Assembly: GCA_046349675.1 (NCBI GenBank)
Contig: JAXMBW010000020.1
Coordinates: 2,741-66,740 of the forward strand
DNA length: 64,000 nt
Direction of reading: 5' to 3'
Source: Planctomycetaceae bacterium
Lineage (GTDB): Bacteria > Planctomycetota > Planctomycetia > Planctomycetales > Planctomycetaceae
The notes under the pieces are model-generated. The model worked only from the letters and a program-made list of their open reading frames with translations, ran no database searches and had not been told where the DNA came from. The position numbers were made by a program, and so were the translations under genes. Each line of letters starts with the position of its first letter. Position 1 is the first letter of the stretch. This document shows positions 18,418 through 28,300 of this stretch, piece by piece.

Positions 18418-19296
18418 TCAGGCCGCTGGCGTGAGATTCAAACCCTCCAGGATGCGTTCACAAGACTCGCTGCGGTTCAGGACGTAGAAGTGCATGCCTG
18501 GCACACCGGCGTCGATCAGCTCGCGACACTGCTGGATCGCGAACTCCACACCGATGTCGAACTGGGCCTGGGTATCGTGCTGCACAGCTTCCAGACGGGA
18601 CGCCAGCGAGGTCGGGAACACGGCCCCGCACATGGAGGTGATCCGCTTGATGCGAGCGAATTCCGTGATCGGCATAATGCCGGGAACTACGGGGATCTTA
18701 ATGCCGAGCTTCTCACAGCGGTCGCGGAACTTGAGGAAGTTCGCATTCTCGTAAAACAGCTGGGTGAAGACCGCATCGGCCCCGGCGTCGACCTTGCGTT
18801 TCAGGTTCACCAGATCGGTGTCGAGGTCCTTCGCCTCGGGGTGCTTCTCGGGGTAACCGGCCACGCCGATCCCCATCTCGGGGTAGTGCTGGCGAATGAG
18901 TTCGACGAGCTGATTCGCGTGGGTCAAACCGCCCTCGACCGCCTTGAACTCGGTCTGCCCCTGCGGTGGGTCTCCACGCAGTGCCATGATGTTGCGGACA
19001 CCGGTTTGCCACGACTGCTCCAGCCAGTCGAGCAGCTCCTGCCGCGTGGAGCCGACGCAGGTAAAGTGCGAGGTGGCAGGGAGTTTGAAGTCGGACTGGA
19101 TGCGGCGGCAGATCTCTCGCGTCCGCCCCTGAGTCGAGCCACCCGCCCCGTAAGTGCACGAGACAAAGCCCGGCCGGTACACCTGCAGGCGTTCCAATGC
19201 CCGGTAAAGCCCTTCATCTCCCGCTTCGGTTTTGGGGGGAAAAACCTCGACGGACAAGACAAACGGTCTGGCCTGAAACAGATCACGAATCCGCAT
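18418..19296 (-). CDS. metF: methylenetetrahydrofolate reductase
   Basis: [28 protein letters not shown] and GYPEKHPE are canonical MetF blocks. ATG 19296 (MRIRDLF) is preferred over 19326. Confidence 0.9.
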   Translation of the reverse strand: MRIRDLFQARPFVLSVEVFPPKTEAGDEGLYRALERLQVYRPGFVSCTYGAGGSTQGRTREICRRIQSDFKLPATSHFTCVGSTRQELLDWLEQSWQTGVRNIMALRGDPPQGQTEFKAVEGGLTHANQLVELIRQHYPEMGIGVAGYPEKHPEAKDLDTDLVNLKRKVDAGADAVFTQLFYENANFLKFRDRCEKLGIKIPVVPGIMPITEFARIKRITSMCGAVFPTSLASRLEAVQHDTQAQFDIGVEFAIQQCRELIDAGVPGMHFYVLNRSESCERILEGLNLTPAA

Positions 19297-19604
19297 GTTC
19301 GGCTCTTGGCCTCGCCCAGCTGGCATCTTAGAGATGCATCACGAAACACCGGGACGCCGCACGACGTCCTACCCCCGAATCGCCGAGGCTTTTCTGGTCG
19401 GGAGAAGGATAGTTGCCCTCCGGGGCTTGGGACAGGGTGCTCGCCGGAATTTCAGTGAAAGTCAGCTGGCCTGGCAGAGGTCACGAAGTGCTTTCCGCCG
19501 ATTGCCCCGGGCGTCAACAAGGGGACTTCTCAGACGGGAGAAGAGTTCTTGCTCGCGGGATGATGTAGGTGATACGAGCAAGTTCTCCGTGCCGCTTGGG
19601 ATTT

Positions 19605-19627
19605 GGACAGACAGGAATGTCTGGTCC
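19605..19627. repeat. REP-like palindromic hairpin (single, imperfect)
   Basis: GGACAGAC-AGGAAT-GTCTGGTCC lies 33 nt downstream of the stop of the 19660 gene. Confidence 0.75.
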
Positions 19628-19659
19628 GACAGGCGAGGAGGCCAGTTCTGACGCGGCGT

Positions 19660-21108
19660 TCAAGCCGACCCGGAGATTTCCTTGAGATCGGCCCGAATCG
19701 ACTCATAGGTTTCTTGAAATGCCAGAGCCCGCGGATCGGGGGTGACGCCCCAGTTTCGGCAGGCCTGCTGATAGATCTCGGGCCACCAGTTGCGATGCTC
19801 GGTCAGCCCCCGTTCGAGATACTCGCGCCAGTGCGACATGACCTTGGACCAGCACTGATCGCCGTAGGCCATAGCGGAGTTGAGGTCACCAAAATCCTTC
19901 ACATACCATTCGCGGCCAATCTGTGCGTGAAGGACCTCATCTGCCCAGTCGAAGTCCTGGATCAAGGCTGCGAGTGGATTACCCGAGGCCTTGCCAACTT
20001 CCCATTCGTACCGTTTGCCCGTCTTCGGCATCAGCCCCTGCTCAATGAAGAACAGCACCGCGTGACGCTCCTGGGACGTCAGTTGTGTATTGAGGTTGTA
20101 GGACCAGAGGAAGCTGATCGGGATCTGCGTCCAATCGATCCCCGCCTGATGAAAACCGACCTCGCCGAGCAGGGCGTGCCGGGCCTCGTCCCATAGCTGT
20201 CGTGTCATGTCGCGGGTGAAGCCCCATGGTTTGCCGGTCGTTTCGACCAGAATACTGGCCATCATTTCCGGCACATCAATCTCGCGCAAACGCTTGTAGA
20301 ACATCATCAGCGTCTTGTCGCGCGGGGAAAACTCCGGGTCGTAGAGGAAGGCTTCGGGATTCACCCCCGCATTGAAGGGGTCCTGGAATCGGGCATCTCG
20401 TTGGGGGACGCGGTCATATTGAAAGGGCTTCGCCGAGTACTGCCGAGCCAGAGGGTGAGCGGCTTCAGGATCGCGACCACTCAGCCCCCCGGAGTTCGCC
20501 AGGGCGTGCTCCAGAAGCAACACCCAGTTGCTGGTGACTGCCTCCCCGTTGATCGCTTGGAGAGCCTGCTCCCCGAAGGCCCGCATATCGGCCAGTTCCA
20601 GTTGAGCGAACCGCAGGATGCGCACACTCGGGGCATCGGCCAGCCGATTGGTCTCCGCCAGATATCGCCCTATCGCGTCATCGAGCGCAGGCAGAAGGAC
20701 GGCATACAGCCCGTGGAGCCGCTCCGCCGTGGTGGGAGCGCACAATACCTCATCGCAGGCCAACTCCAGGGCGGCATGCGGCACGACCTCCAGCCCGAGC
20801 GGGGGCTCACGCATCTCTGACACGCGGGTGCGGATCGCATCGGCGTGCTCTGCACAGTAATGAGCATGCAGACTGAAAGCCGTCTTCAACTCGTAAATCG
20901 GCTCAGCAGTAATGTGCGAAGTAAAGATCTGGTGCAATCGTCTCCAGACGTAGTGCATCCGTTTCAGCCAGTTCACACAGTCGTCGAGCGACAATGTCGC
21001 CCGGCTGGCCTCCTCGTAGGAACAGAGCCCTGCCAGTGGGGGAAACGACGGCGGGTTCAGCGGGGAAACGGACACGTATGACTCCCGGGACGTGGGATGA
21101 ATTCGCAT
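19660..21108 (-). CDS. ferritin-like di-iron carboxylate domain protein (DUF455-like), function unknown
   Basis: Two ExxH motifs (DEARHALLGE and ADEVLHAQ) lie about 80 aa apart in the C-terminal half. The ORF is open to GTG 21168. ATG 21108 (MRIHPTS) is the first ATG. Confidence 0.55.
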   Translation of the reverse strand: MRIHPTSRESYVSVSPLNPPSFPPLAGLCSYEEASRATLSLDDCVNWLKRMHYVWRRLHQIFTSHITAEPIYELKTAFSLHAHYCAEHADAIRTRVSEMREPPLGLEVVPHAALELACDEVLCAPTTAERLHGLYAVLLPALDDAIGRYLAETNRLADAPSVRILRFAQLELADMRAFGEQALQAINGEAVTSNWVLLLEHALANSGGLSGRDPEAAHPLARQYSAKPFQYDRVPQRDARFQDPFNAGVNPEAFLYDPEFSPRDKTLMMFYKRLREIDVPEMMASILVETTGKPWGFTRDMTRQLWDEARHALLGEVGFHQAGIDWTQIPISFLWSYNLNTQLTSQERHAVLFFIEQGLMPKTGKRYEWEVGKASGNPLAALIQDFDWADEVLHAQIGREWYVKDFGDLNSAMAYGDQCWSKVMSHWREYLERGLTEHRNWWPEIYQQACRNWGVTPDPRALAFQETYESIRADLKEISGSA

Positions 21109-21298
21109 TTCGAGCGACCATCGCACCGCTCCCACACCGCCACACAGATTGGTGACTGCTGATCCCACGTGGAATCGGGCCTTTCACCGGCTGTGGCGAA
21201 GGGCAGGAACCCGCGTTGAAGCGTTTCGACCACCGCCATACACTTTATCGACGGGGAGCAGTTCGCCCTCCGACAGTCCGGCAGGTGCGTAGATCTCG

Positions 21299-21655
21299 AT
21301 GCAAGTTCGTATTCTCAAGTCGAAGCTCCATTTGGCAACCGTCAACACCACGGAACTCCATTACCACGGCAGCATCACGATCCCCGAGGATCTGATGGAA
21401 GCTGTGGGAATGCTGCCGTTTGAGCAGGTGCTGGTCGCGAACTGCAACACGGGGCAGCGGGGCGAGACGTATATCCTCGTCGGTCCGCGCGGTGATGGGC
21501 AGATTCAGCTGAATGGTGCGATGGCCCGTTTGGCTCAGCGTGGGGACCGGATTATCGTTCTGGCCTTTGCGGACTGTACGCCGGAAGAGGCGCGGAAGTT
21601 CAAGCCCCAAGTAGCGATCCTGAACGAGAAAAACGAGATCATTGAAACGATCTAA
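21299..21655 (+). CDS. panD: aspartate 1-decarboxylase
   Basis: 118 aa. MQVRILKSKLHLATVN..ELHYHGSITI contains the Gly-Ser self-processing site. Confidence 0.9.
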   Translation: MQVRILKSKLHLATVNTTELHYHGSITIPEDLMEAVGMLPFEQVLVANCNTGQRGETYILVGPRGDGQIQLNGAMARLAQRGDRIIVLAFADCTPEEARKFKPQVAILNEKNEIIETI

Positions 21656-21669
21656 GCCATTACGTGGCC

Positions 21670-21696
21670 GGAATTTTGACAAGCTGGCAAAATTCC
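21670..21696. repeat. perfect AT-rich 9-bp inverted repeat between panD and the giant-gene locus
   Basis: GGAATTTTG (21670-21678) and CAAAATTCC (21688-21696) flank a 9-nt loop. No T-run follows. Confidence 0.7.
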
Positions 21697-21882
21697 AAGA
21701 AGTTGCCGTGTCGCCTGACTTTCTGTTGGGTCCACAGGCGATTTCGAGGTAGAATAACAACGAGTACCCCGCACCCCTGCGCTCGCCGGGGGTCTTTAGC
21801 GTCTCCGATCACCATACGCTAGAACGAGTTGTGACATCATTGTCTCAGCTCTTGTTCTTGGTTTCGCGGGCAAGAGGGCCGC

Positions 21883-24800
21883 ATGCCAATCCATTGCGCA
21901 ATTCGACAACGTCGCCACCCGATCGGGTGGGTGTTCGTTGCTTGCGCGCTGCTGAGTCTTGTTTTCCCGCTTTCAGTAATCGGTCTCGCTCAGAGTCCGA
22001 AATCGCCCGCCATGGGATCGGCCGGAATGACTGGCGGCATGGTCCCGTCCAGTTCCTCCAACGCCAATTCTTCGGGGAATGCCGGGACCACTGGTACCAA
22101 CGAGCCGGCGCCCAAACGGGAACCGAACACTCCGGCCCCACCCGCTACGAACCCCGACGCCAAGAATCCGCCGGCAACCACGAACCGCCCCGCCTCTCGA
22201 CCAGGCGTACGCGAAAGTTCGCCGCTCGCTCCGGGTCCCCGCCTCATCGATGACGAGGGAATTCCGCCGTTCCACCTGGCCAGGCTGTCGCTGGATGGCG
22301 AGGTCTCCAATGACCGGGCGATCATCACAGCTCAGATCGATGTCGACGTGAACAGCGATGGGGAAGACGAGGGCCTGACCCGTTACCACGACGTTCCGCT
22401 ACGTCTGACTCAGGCCCACATTCTGTCCAAAGAGTATGTCGGTCCCGGGCAGGAAGGTCCGGTAGTGGATCGCCCCGTCGAAGATGGAATCGTCTGGCGG
22501 TTTACGGGCTACGGTACACACCAGCTGAAACTCAAAATGTGGGTTCCCATCCGGCAGTCACCCGCCGGGCGACAGTTGGTCTTGTCGCTGCCGACGATGC
22601 CACCGGGGTTTGATGCCCAAGTCAACCTGGCCATTCCTGGCTCTCCGATCGTGATTCGCTCGAATGGGGACCTGAGCGTCCTGTCGAATACTCACGCGGA
22701 GAATCTCAATCGCGTCTCCGCCGATGTGCGGGGCCCCCGCCTCGATATGACGTGGAGTGAACCTCCCGAGGTGCAGAACTCATTCCTGGAATCCCGAACC
22801 TCAGTCACCCTCCGACGCGATGGCGATCGGGTCATTGCCACCGCCGAGCAGGTCCTCTTCCCGGAGAACGTGGGGGTTAAAGAGGCCGAAATCAAACTGC
22901 CCGATGGGTTCGAGCTGGACGAACTGTCCGGCTCGCTGGTCAAGGGACACGAAGCGATCCCCGGGCGCAATGGCTGGCGGAAGATCAGCTTCCGCGAAAG
23001 CAGCGGGGAACGCATCGACTTGAACTGGGTGCTCTCCGCTCCGTTCCCCGTCGAGGGTGGCAAGCTCTCGATCGATGGGTGGGTGGTCTCCGACGCTCGC
23101 AGCCAGGCAGGTCGTATTCGCCTGCAGGACTTCCCCGGGTACCAGATGGTCCCTCGGCTCAGCCAGTTTGTCCGTCGGGCCACACCGAACTCGCCCCAAA
23201 CGCTGGAATCGTTCGAGTTCACCAAACAGCCGTTCCAAATTTCCTGGGACGTGCAGCGGGTGGCCTCCAAATTCTCCGCACGGCCGCACCACCTGCTGTT
23301 CATTGGAACCAGTCAGATGGTGCTCGAATCACGTTTCCGGATTCAGACCGATACCGGATCGATCGAGCAGATCGACCTCGGATGGAACACCGGTAAGGAC
23401 GAAGGGTGGCGACTCGACCCGGCCTCGGTCTCGGGGGATGTGGTCATTCCGCCCCTGGGTGATCAACTCAACCAAACCGGTCGACTCCTTGTTGGCTGGA
23501 CCACTCCGAAGTCGGGTTTGATCGATCTCAACCTGCGTTTCTTCCGTCCGATGCCATCGGGAGTGCAGTCAGCCAGCGTGAGCCTCCCTCGAATTCGCGG
23601 GGCGCGCTCCCTTTCCGCCGACTTGCTGGTTGCCGCCGAGGATCAGTATGAAGTCACGCTGACCGGTGCCAAGGGAGCCGCACTGCAGACCTCGGTCTCA
23701 GACCCCGCCCGATTGGAAGGCGTCGCCCCTGCTCTGGTCAGCCAGATCCAGAGGGCAGTCACTCTCGATCCCGACCAGGACCAGATTGAGCTGAGCTGGA
23801 ACGCCCGGGCCCGAGTCGTCGAAGCAGACGCCGAAGTCGAACTTCGCCGCGCGACCGACGGCCGAGTTCATGTTCAGCAGACGGTTCGATTCCAGTCCCG
23901 TTTTGGTCGATTGTCGTCGGTGCGGTTCCAGCTGCCAAAGTCGCTTCTGGCGTTGATTCCCGCAGGGGCAGCCAGCTCCGCGATCGGAGTCACGATCGAT
24001 GGCCAGTCGATGAAACCTCAGATCCACGACAGTGCGATAGAGACCTCTCTGAGCGAGCCGCGACTGGGCGAGATTCTCGTCACGCTCGAATACTCGCTTC
24101 CGGTCTCGACCAGTACGCCCAATTCGACCGTCGTCCCGGTACTCATGTCACTCGACACCAAGTACTCATCAATCCGCGTCCGCATCCCCGAGGGTGAAAC
24201 CCTCCGCGTCCCGCCCACAGCTGAGGGATGGCAACCGGTGCCGACCTCGCCCGACGCGACGGTTTGGGTCACTTCATCGGCGAACCAGGTGCCTGTCATT
24301 CTCGATGCCGACCAGACGACCTCGCCGCGTTTCAGCGTGGACCGCGCGTTCTACCGGACGCGTTTTGATAGTGCCGGTCGCGTGGAGGGAGTTTGCGAAC
24401 TTCACTGGAACTGGTCGGGCGATGTCCGGGGCCTGCCAATCACGTTGCCCCCGGAGAGTGAATACCTGGGCGCGATGTACAACGGCAAGAGCCTCGACGA
24501 CACCCAGGTGTTCATCGATCCGCGAAACCCCTCACAGATCCAGTTCCGCCTGCCCGCTTCGCAAGACGGATCGCGTCTGGCGGTGGCCTACCGATCGACG
24601 AAACCGGCGTCATTCTCCAATCGCGACCTGCGGACTGTACCGCTTCCGGTCCTCCCGAAGGATGTTTCCGTGGTGCGTTCGACCTGGGAACTCGAACTCC
24701 CCTCGGGCCGCCACCTCTTCATGAGCCCAGCGGCCCTCACTTCCGAGAACCAGTGGCAGCGCCGTGGTGTCCTCTGGTCGCGGACACCCACCGCGAACTA

Positions 24801-25386
24801 TGTCGCTGATCGCAATGCAGCCACAACAGAGACACGTCAACTCTTGTCTCTGTTGCAGACATCGCTCCCCGACGCGAGCCAGGTCTACGCATTCAGCAGC
24901 ATCGGTCCCATTGAGTCTCCTCGATTCCAGTCGATGTCGCGTTCGCTCGTTGTACTGGTGGGGGCGGGAATGACGCTGGCGTTGGGATTCTTGTTCTGGA
25001 ACCTGCCAATCGTCCGCAACATCCAGGCCATGTTGCTACTGGCGTTCGGGGTCAGCATCCTGAGCCTTTGGTTCCTGGAGCCGATTCAGCTGTTGTTACA
25101 GTCTGCGGTACTCGGAGCAGTTCTGGCATTGCTGGCGACCCTGATTGATGTGAAGTCGCGGCGCCCCGTGCTGAGGACATACCCTTCCACCGTCCTGCCG
25201 ATGCCGACATCCCTGCCTGGTACGCACACTGCCGGACAACCGGGGGCTGCTCCGTCTTCGCCGAATTCACCACCTGCCGAACCTGCAGCGGGACGGGGAA
25301 GTTCCGTCTCCCGCCAGCGATCTCATCCCATGACCCCGACTGCCATCTATCAACCGGGTCATTCCGAGGTGGGAAGCCCTCCATGA
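21883..25386 (+). CDS. giant membrane-anchored hypothetical protein (1167 aa)
   Basis: It has an N-terminal hydrophobic anchor (IGWVFVACALLSLVFPLSVIGLA) and an S/N/T/P low-complexity linker. A region of about 880 aa follows with no motif I recognise. Three C-terminal hydrophobic helices lie at nt 24943-25150, followed by a Pro-rich tail. Confidence 0.8.
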   Translation: MPIHCAIRQRRHPIGWVFVACALLSLVFPLSVIGLAQSPKSPAMGSAGMTGGMVPSSSSNANSSGNAGTTGTNEPAPKREPNTPAPPATNPDAKNPPATTNRPASRPGVRESSPLAPGPRLIDDEGIPPFHLARLSLDGEVSNDRAIITAQIDVDVNSDGEDEGLTRYHDVPLRLTQAHILSKEYVGPGQEGPVVDRPVEDGIVWRFTGYGTHQLKLKMWVPIRQSPAGRQLVLSLPTMPPGFDAQVNLAIPGSPIVIRSNGDLSVLSNTHAENLNRVSADVRGPRLDMTWSEPPEVQNSFLESRTSVTLRRDGDRVIATAEQVLFPENVGVKEAEIKLPDGFELDELSGSLVKGHEAIPGRNGWRKISFRESSGERIDLNWVLSAPFPVEGGKLSIDGWVVSDARSQAGRIRLQDFPGYQMVPRLSQFVRRATPNSPQTLESFEFTKQPFQISWDVQRVASKFSARPHHLLFIGTSQMVLESRFRIQTDTGSIEQIDLGWNTGKDEGWRLDPASVSGDVVIPPLGDQLNQTGRLLVGWTTPKSGLIDLNLRFFRPMPSGVQSASVSLPRIRGARSLSADLLVAAEDQYEVTLTGAKGAALQTSVSDPARLEGVAPALVSQIQRAVTLDPDQDQIELSWNARARVVEADAEVELRRATDGRVHVQQTVRFQSRFGRLSSVRFQLPKSLLALIPAGAASSAIGVTIDGQSMKPQIHDSAIETSLSEPRLGEILVTLEYSLPVSTSTPNSTVVPVLMSLDTKYSSIRVRIPEGETLRVPPTAEGWQPVPTSPDATVWVTSSANQVPVILDADQTTSPRFSVDRAFYRTRFDSAGRVEGVCELHWNWSGDVRGLPITLPPESEYLGAMYNGKSLDDTQVFIDPRNPSQIQFRLPASQDGSRLAVAYRSTKPASFSNRDLRTVPLPVLPKDVSVVRSTWELELPSGRHLFMSPAALTSENQWQRRGVLWSRTPTANYVADRNAATTETRQLLSLLQTSLPDASQVYAFSSIGPIESPRFQSMSRSLVVLVGAGMTLALGFLFWNLPIVRNIQAMLLLAFGVSILSLWFLEPIQLLLQSAVLGAVLALLATLIDVKSRRPVLRTYPSTVLPMPTSLPGTHTAGQPGAAPSSPNSPPAEPAAGRGSSVSRQRSHPMTPTAIYQPGHSEVGSPP

Positions 25387-28300
25387 CCAGCACTCGCTCG
25401 TACAGACTCGGGCGAACGCGTTGGCTGTGCTTGCTCGTGGGATTCGCCGGGCTCTGGTTATCCGCTCTGGGACTCACGGCGGCGGAACCTTCGATCCGTC
25501 TGAAGAAGATCGAACCGCCCGCCCGCTGGAATGCCCCCGAGAACATCGATCGATGGATCCGGACCACGGATGCGGACTGGCAGCGTTTCAAACATGCGTT
25601 GAGCCATGTCGGCGACAAGTCTCCGCCCCCCGGCCCAGTGGTCGTCGACGCGGTCTATCGCGCCACCTTCGATGGAACATCGCTCACTCAAGGCACGCTC
25701 GACTGGAAGGTCGACCGCATCGGCTCCACAGCTGGGTTCGTCTCATTGGGGAAAAGCTCACTCGCGGTCTCTCAACTGAACTGGCAAAACCGCGAGGCGG
25801 TTCATGGCGTTACTGCCACCGGCGAGTGGATGTTGTGGTGCGAATCCGATGAGAATCAACTGAGCGGACACTGGTCGCATCGCGGCGAGAGTAAGCTCGA
25901 CACCGTCGTTTTTCAGATGGCGCTGCCGCGTGCGCTTTCCTCGCACCTGGAGATTGCCGTCCCCGATGGATGGCGGGCCCATGTTCAGGGAACCATCGGC
26001 CCGGAAACTCCTGGCGAATTTTCCAGCGAGAAGAAGGCCTGGACATTCGAACTCGGACGTCAGCAGAAATTCCAGCTGACGCTGTCCAAACCCACCTCCA
26101 GCGACACGCCGCAAATCCTCTTGAAGGAAAGCACCGTCTATGGTCTGAACAATACAGACGACTTGATCCGGTTGCAGACCGACCTGGAGTGTACCGTCTC
26201 GGGGGCGAAGGACGCGGAACTGGTGCTGAATGTTCCCAAGCCGCTGCGCGTGCTGAATGTCCTGCTGGGGACCGAACTCCCGCTCACCTTCGTGCGAGAA
26301 CTCGGTGGCGAGGAAGACCGCATCAAAATCCCACTGCGATCACTCACTCCGGGCGAGCGAATCACTCTACGCATTCTGGGCGAGGCAACCCGCCGCTCCG
26401 ACCGCCCCTTCAGCTTGCCACGTCTGCGACCGGTCAATGCGTTGTACCAGGAAGGGAACATCCGTCTGGCTGTTTTCCGTCCGCTCGAAGTGCGTTCGGT
26501 CGAGGTCGTGGGGCTGCGACAAACCCAGCTGACCGAAGAAGAGGGTCAGGAGATCCGAGCCTACGAAGTGCTGTCCAATGCCTGCACCCTTTCGTTGCAG
26601 GTGGGTGAACCGACGGCCCTTCTGCAGGGCGAGATCCTTTTCATCGCGGATGTCCGAGGAGAGTCGCCGACCAGCCGGGTCCGTATGCGACTGTCGACCC
26701 GCGAAGGGGAGCTCTTTTCGCCACGCATGCAGATCCCCGAGGGATGGGACCTCATTACCGTCGACATGGCGGAGACCTCCGACATCGTCCCGACGGCGTG
26801 GCAGGTGACGCAAAGCCCGACCGGCGACAACCAACTCGACATCGAGCTGCGACAACCGATCCGCCCCGATCGAGACTGTACCCTGTTACTTGAGTTCAAA
26901 TCGGTGGCCCTCAAGCCCGGTGCAGCGCGACGCCTGCCGATCCCGCGACTGATCGATCCACAGACCAGTTATGTCCGAGGAGTCGTCTGGGACAACGCCC
27001 CCTGGGAGCTCGACGAATCCTCGACGGGTTCCGTCGAACTCGATGGAAACCCGGCGGATGAAGATCTGATTCAGTCGGTGAAATGGACACGTAGCGAGGA
27101 TTCGAGAGCGATCCCGACCGGAATCCGAATCACGGGGTATAACTCGCAAGTCAAAACACTGTTTCGCGCTGAGCGAACCACTTCGGCAGACCCCGCCCAA
27201 TCTGCAGGCAGTGGCGAAGTCGCGGCCGGGCCCTCGTTATTGTGTGCCAATCTGGAACTCGAAACACGGACATCGCGCGTGGGAAAGTCCCACCCGCATC
27301 GCGCACTGTTTCAGTTCACCCGTCCCACCACGCCGGGCGAGTTTCGACTGACGCTCCCCTCCGAAGGCGAACTCGCCCGCATCATTGCCGACGAGCGAGA
27401 GATCTCGTTCGTCCGACGAAGTTCCGAGATCATCCTCGACCCCGCCAGCAAGCCGTTTACGGAGTTGGTCCTGGAGTATCGAACCACCGCTTCGCCCGGC
27501 TGGATTGTGTCGCGGGATGAAGTCGTCTTCCCCCAGCTGAGTTGTTTCGTCACCGAGTTCGCGTGGCACCTCGTTCTCGATCCAGAGCGGATGCTCTATC
27601 GACTGCCATTCACAGCTGCGGTCAGCCCGCGCGAGATGCCGCAGACCTGGGAGCGATTGCTGGGACCGCTGGCCCGCCATGCGGGCGAGACCGTGTTCAA
27701 CCCGTTCTCGCGGAAGGACTGGAGCGCGCTGATCAACGGGACCACCCGAGAGGGATCGAAGACGCCGCCGCAGGACGCCTGGTTCGTCGCGTCTCACACG
27801 CCCGAACGAATCACGATGAAGACATGGAAACTCGACGTGTCTCATGGACTGGCGTGGTGTTCGTTCCTCGGATTCCTGGCAGGTGGTATCGCCTTGCGAC
27901 GCGCCCGGCGATCCTGGTTTCGTCGCAGCTGGATTTATCTGGGAGGCCTGTGGCTGGTCATCGCGGTCTTTGTTGCCGAGCCTTATGCCCCGATTGCGGG
28001 TGGAGCGTTTCTGGGGACCATTCTGGCCATCATTGTTCCGCGGCGGTTCGCAATCGGCAGCGACCTGCTGGACTCGCCCCAGCAAAGCAACCCCTCGAAA
28101 TATGGGTCGACAGCCATCATCACCGGATGCCTGCTCGCCGTGGGAGCCCACCAGTTCAGCACGGCCAGCCTCGGGCAGGAAGAGATCGAAAGCCCCGAAC
28201 TGGCCTACTTTGAAATCGAAGACCAGGGGCAAACCTTTGTCGTCTTTGACTCTGCGTTTCGCTCTCAATGGGCAGCCTGGCGGGAAGAGGAATCGGGCCC

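Noticed and set aside
18490-19458. 322-aa plus-strand ORF
   Set aside because: It is antisense to metF, which has canonical motifs.
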